Below, piece by piece: positions 59,492 through 64,000 of a stretch of DNA of 64,000 bases (its first letter is position 1; each line of letters opens with the position of its first letter). Position numbers and translations under genes: made by a program. This DNA is from Planctomycetota bacterium (GTDB lineage Bacteria > Planctomycetota > UBA8108 > SXIK01): the NCBI GenBank assembly GCA_965223265.1, contig OZ244999.1:992001-1056000 (forward strand), read 5' to 3'. The notes beneath the pieces were generated by a model that had not been told where the DNA came from, did no database searches, and saw only the letters and a program-made list of their open reading frames with translations.

Positions 59492-62476
59492 TTACCGAAT
59501 CGTATTTCGAAGGACAGTCAGCCCGTCAGCGGTACTGACTATGACGTCTACGTCCCCGTCCCCATCAATATCCCCACTTACGATTGCGCTGTCGATTGGA
59601 GGCAAAGGCACTGCCCGCCGCTCAAAACCGACCCCGGTTCTTCCAAAAAGTATACCGCCGTCTGTCACCAGGTCTCCAATTCCGTCCTCGTCTAAGTCGC
59701 TGACAAAAGAGAGACAGGGCCCGACAAATCGACACCCTGCAGCTGCTGCAGATAAGGTCAGTTCGGGAAACTTCGTGCTCGAAAGAACAAAAGACCCCCC
59801 GAAAGTCAGCCCCACAATGTCATCCAAGCCGTCTTGGTCGATGTCAACAAATGAGAGAACAGTGACGACCTCACCAATATCCAGACGAGAGAACTGCTCA
59901 AAGCTCCCTGCCTCGTCGTTTAGCCACACAATGACCTCGTTTCCAATCGCTACTCCCAAATCCGGCCTCAAATCGCCGTCGATATCCCCAAGAGCGGCGT
60001 CGCGAAGCCTAAGGCAGGGCGCAGGGTCACACGGGTCAAAAGGAAGAAGCAACTGAATTGGCAGTTCTTCAAACGTTGCGTCTCCTAAGTTGCGTAGTAT
60101 CGTTGCGACGATGGAAGTGTTGGCTCCGTCTAATTGCACTTGACGCAACAGGTCTATGTGTCCGTCTTGGTCTATGTCTGCAAGGTCACGTGGTGGCCCA
60201 ACGATATCTGGAAGTTCAGAGAATGTGCCCTCTCCGAGGTTTATCGAAACCGTGGAGCCAATCAATTCGGGGAACTCGTCTCCGTTTAGGTCAGCGGCAA
60301 ATGAGGCGCTTATGCCTGGCAGCTCCAAATCAGAAGCTAACTCTCCTTCGGTGTTTACGATTATTGTCACGCCCGCGTCAGTTGTGACTGCAAGGTCTAA
60401 ATCCCCGTCTAGTTCGATATCCAACGTGACTATGTGGCGAGCGCCGCCACCAAACGCATAGTGCCTCTCCTCGTGAAGAGTGCCGTCACCGGCGTTCCGG
60501 GCGACTCGGACGCCGAAACCAGCTGACGCAATATCCAAGTCCCCGTCCCCGTCGAAATCTGCGACTGAAGTAGCCTGAGCCCCCGCCGGTCCGTCAATGC
60601 CGAAATACTGCTTAGGCTCAGGAAACATTCCGCTTCCATCATTTAGGAGCACAAAGAAATCTGCGGCGTTGAAAACAATGTCTAAAGCGCTATCTGCGTT
60701 GAGGTCGCCCGTAGCGTAGTTGCTGCCTCTGTCAATATATATGTCGTCCGTACTTAGCGTCACGACCTCATTAAACACTCCTTCTCCAGCATTATTCACA
60801 CGTAGCTGCCCTGAAACAGTAGTTAGAACTACGTCGCGAGCTTCATCTCCGGTGAAGTCAGCCACTGACATCTTTGAACGTGCGCGAGACGTACCGAAAC
60901 ACGAAACCCCGTCGTCAACCGGGAAAGAAAGGGGGGGGAAGAAGCCTACCTCACCTCGTCCTTCCACGACCCAGAGAGTCGTCTCATCTTCGCCTTGAAG
61001 AACAACGATATCTGGTACGTTGTCTCCCGTGACATCCACCACGTCAAACTCCCCTATTCCAGGGCAACTCCCGCCGGATGTCGGCGACTGGAAGAGGTCT
61101 ATGGTCTCATTTAGCGCGTAGTTTCCTTCGCTGTCATTTAGGTATACAAGCGCTTGAGCTCTGAATTCCCCATCCACAAAGATGGATGTTGAGGCCACAA
61201 GGTCACTGTCGCCATCGCTATCAAGGTCTGATGCAACAACTTCGGATTCAAGGCCCAAGGTTCGGTCCACTGGTCGCGGGCCTTCGCCAAGAGTGCCATC
61301 TCCCATGTTAAAGAACGCATGAACTCCGTTGCCACTAGCGAGTATCACGTCGGGAGAAGAATCCCCGTTTACGTCCGCTAACGTCATACCGGTGACCGAC
61401 GTCGCTAGCGTTGGGGACGAAACTATGTCGCCAAACCCGGACGCTCCACTCGAGGCCAAGACATGCAATGTGCCGTCGCGGTCAATCACGACTAAATCAG
61501 TCAGCCCATCGGCGTTCATGTCGGCCGCCTCGATGTCTTGGACTCTGACCTGGTCCAGATACAGCTCGGCTCCTAGTGCAAACGCTCGGTCAATATCGAC
61601 CACCTCCTGTAGCGACAGCACGCCGACGTCGAGTATTCCCGCTTCTCCCAATAGAAGTCTTCTCTGCGCCTGGTATCTCGTCCCGTCGAGCTCATAGGTC
61701 ACTACGACATTTATCTCCACACCTTCACCGACAGGTACCTCCAAGAACGCGGAAAAGAAACCGTCCTGGTCGCTTTGCGGCTCCCCGGTTCCAAAGGAAA
61801 CGACGACTGTAGCACCTGCGATTGGAGTGCCGTCTGGAAGTTCGACGAAACCTTCGATGGTAACCCTGCGCGTAGCGGGAACGACCGTAAAGAGTCTCAC
61901 GGTTGTAGCCCCTGAATTAAACGCTGTAACGAACGCCACTCCTTTCTGATTCCCGGTAATGCGCCCAGTCTCTTGGTCCACACTCAGTATCGAAGAATTG
62001 CTCGAGCGTAGCAGGGTGTGGTTTATCGTCCCGGTAAGGTCCCTGTGTTCAAGCTTCCCATTACTCAAAAATGTGCCTATGGCCTGTGTGTCAGCCGTCT
62101 CACCTACTTCGAGGGTGAATAACCCGGAAGGCGTCACCAACTCAAGGTGCTCTGGTTCCTGAGGTGGAGTATTAGAAGGAAATACCCCCGGAGCAAGAAC
62201 CGCTTCGCCTTGTCGAATGCGAAAGAAATCGCTAAATGCGTATCGCGTAATGCCACCTTCGGTAGTAACTCCTACGACCTGGACGAAGTTATCAGCTTGG
62301 AAATCAGCGTCCAAGTCAGCCGCTGACACGTTCGGGACGTAGAAGCTCCCATCCGCGTTTGCCTGAACGGATTGCCCGTTTACCGTGAGGGTCCAGGTGG
62401 AGTCGAGTTGAGCGAAGGCTGTTTCAACTAAAAAACACAGAGACAGGCCCAGCCAAACAAAACGTCTACTTAACAC
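59492..62476 (-). CDS. Secreted FG-GAP/VCBS-repeat protein with Ig-like domains
   Basis: Signal peptide, BIG2-like SSNSSILSVD, many DxxGDGxxD Ca-binding repeats. Confidence 0.88.
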   Translation of the reverse strand: MLSRRFVWLGLSLCFLVETAFAQLDSTWTLTVNGQSVQANADGSFYVPNVSAADLDADFQADNFVQVVGVTTEGGITRYAFSDFFRIRQGEAVLAPGVFPSNTPPQEPEHLELVTPSGLFTLEVGETADTQAIGTFLSNGKLEHRDLTGTINHTLLRSSNSSILSVDQETGRITGNQKGVAFVTAFNSGATTVRLFTVVPATRRVTIEGFVELPDGTPIAGATVVVSFGTGEPQSDQDGFFSAFLEVPVGEGVEINVVVTYELDGTRYQAQRRLLLGEAGILDVGVLSLQEVVDIDRAFALGAELYLDQVRVQDIEAADMNADGLTDLVVIDRDGTLHVLASSGASGFGDIVSSPTLATSVTGMTLADVNGDSSPDVILASGNGVHAFFNMGDGTLGEGPRPVDRTLGLESEVVASDLDSDGDSDLVASTSIFVDGEFRAQALVYLNDSEGNYALNETIDLFQSPTSGGSCPGIGEFDVVDVTGDNVPDIVVLQGEDETTLWVVEGRGEVGFFPPLSFPVDDGVSCFGTSRARSKMSVADFTGDEARDVVLTTVSGQLRVNNAGEGVFNEVVTLSTDDIYIDRGSNYATGDLNADSALDIVFNAADFFVLLNDGSGMFPEPKQYFGIDGPAGAQATSVADFDGDGDLDIASAGFGVRVARNAGDGTLHEERHYAFGGGARHIVTLDIELDGDLDLAVTTDAGVTIIVNTEGELASDLELPGISASFAADLNGDEFPELIGSTVSINLGEGTFSELPDIVGPPRDLADIDQDGHIDLLRQVQLDGANTSIVATILRNLGDATFEELPIQLLLPFDPCDPAPCLRLRDAALGDIDGDLRPDLGVAIGNEVIVWLNDEAGSFEQFSRLDIGEVVTVLSFVDIDQDGLDDIVGLTFGGSFVLSSTKFPELTLSAAAAGCRFVGPCLSFVSDLDEDGIGDLVTDGGILFGRTGVGFERRAVPLPPIDSAIVSGDIDGDGDVDVIVSTADGLTVLRNTIR

Positions 62477-62501
62477 GGTGGCTCTCCTCCGAAAGAGGAA
62501 T

Positions 62502-63668
62502 TCAGCGCGAACCCCAGCTTCCCTGAATTCGTATTCGCGATTGGGGCGACACTATCTGTTCCCACTGTTCGAACAGCTCTTTCCATTTCCATCCAACGAA
62601 TTTTTGGTCGTCTGGAATAATGGTAAAGGTGGGATGTTCAGGATTGCGTGTCGCCCGTTCCAGAAAGAAGCTTGTTTGCTGCTCTTGGATTAACCATATC
62701 TCTGATGTGTTGACCACGTATCTTTGTACACGAAATATACGCTGCCCATCGGTTGTTCGAATCTTATTTCGAATTCGGTCTGCATCCTCTTTTGGAAAAA
62801 GAGTCTCCAATGGAACACCGAATCCCGAGAGTGCGGACGCCAATTGGACGAGTAGTGGTAACTCAGACCGATTGTTGTACACGCCTGCCCCTCCGCTATT
62901 AAGAGAAACTCTATATCCTTGGCCTTCAACACCTAAGTGAAAGGCAAGCCGCACTACAATCTCGGAGCTTCTTTCTTTCGGTGGTGGAGGTGGATAAGCC
63001 GTTGTCTTCGGTTTTAAGGTCTGCTCCTCTTGTTCGACCTCTACTTTCCAACCCTCTCCATTTGCGGCTGAATAGTGTTCGGGCCACTGTATCCCCAGTG
63101 GCACTGTAAACGGCAACGTTCTCGAGTCCTGAGACGGATTAGCTTGAGCCGTTGCGGCCAATGTCGCAATTGCGTTTGCATCCGGCGGGCTCGCAAGTTT
63201 CCAGTCGCCGTTCGTCTGCTTCTTAAGTGTCCACAGATTCCTGAGCTCTACCTTACCATTGCTCTTATTGTAGTGAGAAACATCAATGGTTTTGGTCGTG
63301 TCGTCCAGAGTGACTACTCGGTTTACTTCGAAGTAGCAGTCTCTGAACCAACTCTTACGCGTAGCCATGAGAATCGCCTGGTTTTTCCCCTGGGACTCTC
63401 GCGTCCTTTGCGCGAGGTTCTCGGTCATGAACTCGAAAGCAGGGCCTCGACCGCTAGCCACCACCGCGAAGGCCTTCTTGATAACCGTAAGCTCTTTGCT
63501 CAGGCGCTTGGTTGTGTCGAGGCGTACAGGAGGGTCAAGAATTTGTTCTGAGTAAGAGAAGGCGCGTTCGAGTAGCACCGTGCGCCTACTCCATTCGGCT
63601 GCTATCGTGTTCGAAGCAACTACGGACATAAAAATAAGTAGACTAGAAGAGAAGCGTATCAGTTGCAT
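62502..63668 (-). CDS. Hypothetical secreted protein
   Basis: 388 aa with a signal peptide, co-oriented with the FG-GAP gene. Confidence 0.65.
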   Translation of the reverse strand: MQLIRFSSSLLIFMSVVASNTIAAEWSRRTVLLERAFSYSEQILDPPVRLDTTKRLSKELTVIKKAFAVVASGRGPAFEFMTENLAQRTRESQGKNQAILMATRKSWFRDCYFEVNRVVTLDDTTKTIDVSHYNKSNGKVELRNLWTLKKQTNGDWKLASPPDANAIATLAATAQANPSQDSRTLPFTVPLGIQWPEHYSAANGEGWKVEVEQEEQTLKPKTTAYPPPPPKERSSEIVVRLAFHLGVEGQGYRVSLNSGGAGVYNNRSELPLLVQLASALSGFGVPLETLFPKEDADRIRNKIRTTDGQRIFRVQRYVVNTSEIWLIQEQQTSFFLERATRNPEHPTFTIIPDDQKFVGWKWKELFEQWEQIVSPQSRIRIQGSWGSR

Positions 63669-64000
63669 GGCGGCACCAGTAGTGTCTCTCGTGGAAGCCC
63701 CACACCGTCATAAACAATGCCGTCCACGAACGATTTTAACAGAACCGGACCAACGTCTGTTTCGACTGTTATAGGTTCTGCGCCATCCCCAACGGAGAGT
63801 CCTAGGTCAGTCAGAACAAGGTCGATTGGAAATGTCAGGTCGAAGCCTCTTAAACCCCCAGTACGTTCTACTTCCATCAAGAACGACCAGACAACGTTCG
63901 GCGTGTCAATGGCCGGAACGCTTACTACTTCTCCGTCTACACTGAATGAAACCGTCGCCTTTCCGCTCAACACCAATGTGGCGTTCGTATTGTTGAGTAT
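63659..64000 (-). CDS. Partial CDS (5' end outside window)
   Basis: Frame is open from 64000 to the TGA at 63659 and overlaps the next start. Confidence 0.55.
   Translation of the reverse strand: MLNNTNATLVLSGKATVSFSVDGEVVSVPAIDTPNVVWSFLMEVERTGGLRGFDLTFPIDLVLTDLGLSVGDGAEPITVETDVGPVLLKSFVDGIVYDGVGLPRETLLVPPCN

Larger units (their letters stand above)
31875..64000. mobile_element. Genomic/defence island at the ssrA 3' end (right boundary not seen)
   Basis: Composition and codon style change right after the tmRNA CCA. Contents: phage-like, defence, recombinase, xis-like and ssb genes plus pseudogenes. No att duplicate was found in the window. Confidence 0.78.

Noticed and set aside
58944-60056. 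370-aa plus-strand ORF
   Set aside because: Antisense to the ATPase and FG-GAP genes, with Ser/Arg-rich non-protein-like composition.

Overview
Bacterial chromosome segment, very probably Planctomycetota (DUF1501 + PSD1/PSCyt pair, mcsA-mcsB-clpC, lpxB). Bases 1-31.9 kb are mostly housekeeping: nusA (partial), mcsA-mcsB-clpC, folC, lpxB, aroB, tRNA-Val(CAC), gnd, speD-speE, tRNA-Leu(CAG), smpB and ssrA (tmRNA). This part also has two full and one decayed copy of a palindromic MITE and a terC remnant abutting tRNA-Leu. Directly after the tmRNA CCA end, a visibly less GC-rich (judged by eye) accessory island begins and runs off the right edge. It carries phage-like genes, a complete QatABCD anti-phage operon preceded by a catalytic-domain-only tyrosine recombinase with palindromic candidate binding sites, a co-oriented HTH-res-mod-(RelE-like/UvrD)-(TM0106 nuclease-helicase) type III RM block, ssb, a phage-type AAA ATPase and secreted FG-GAP proteins. 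The most striking feature is one ~1,090-aa ORF (33246-36527) that fuses an apparently intact class II (B12) ribonucleotide reductase to a phage NrS-1-like primase-polymerase and a CHC2-like Zn finger. All calls come from motif recognition by eye; no database searches were run.
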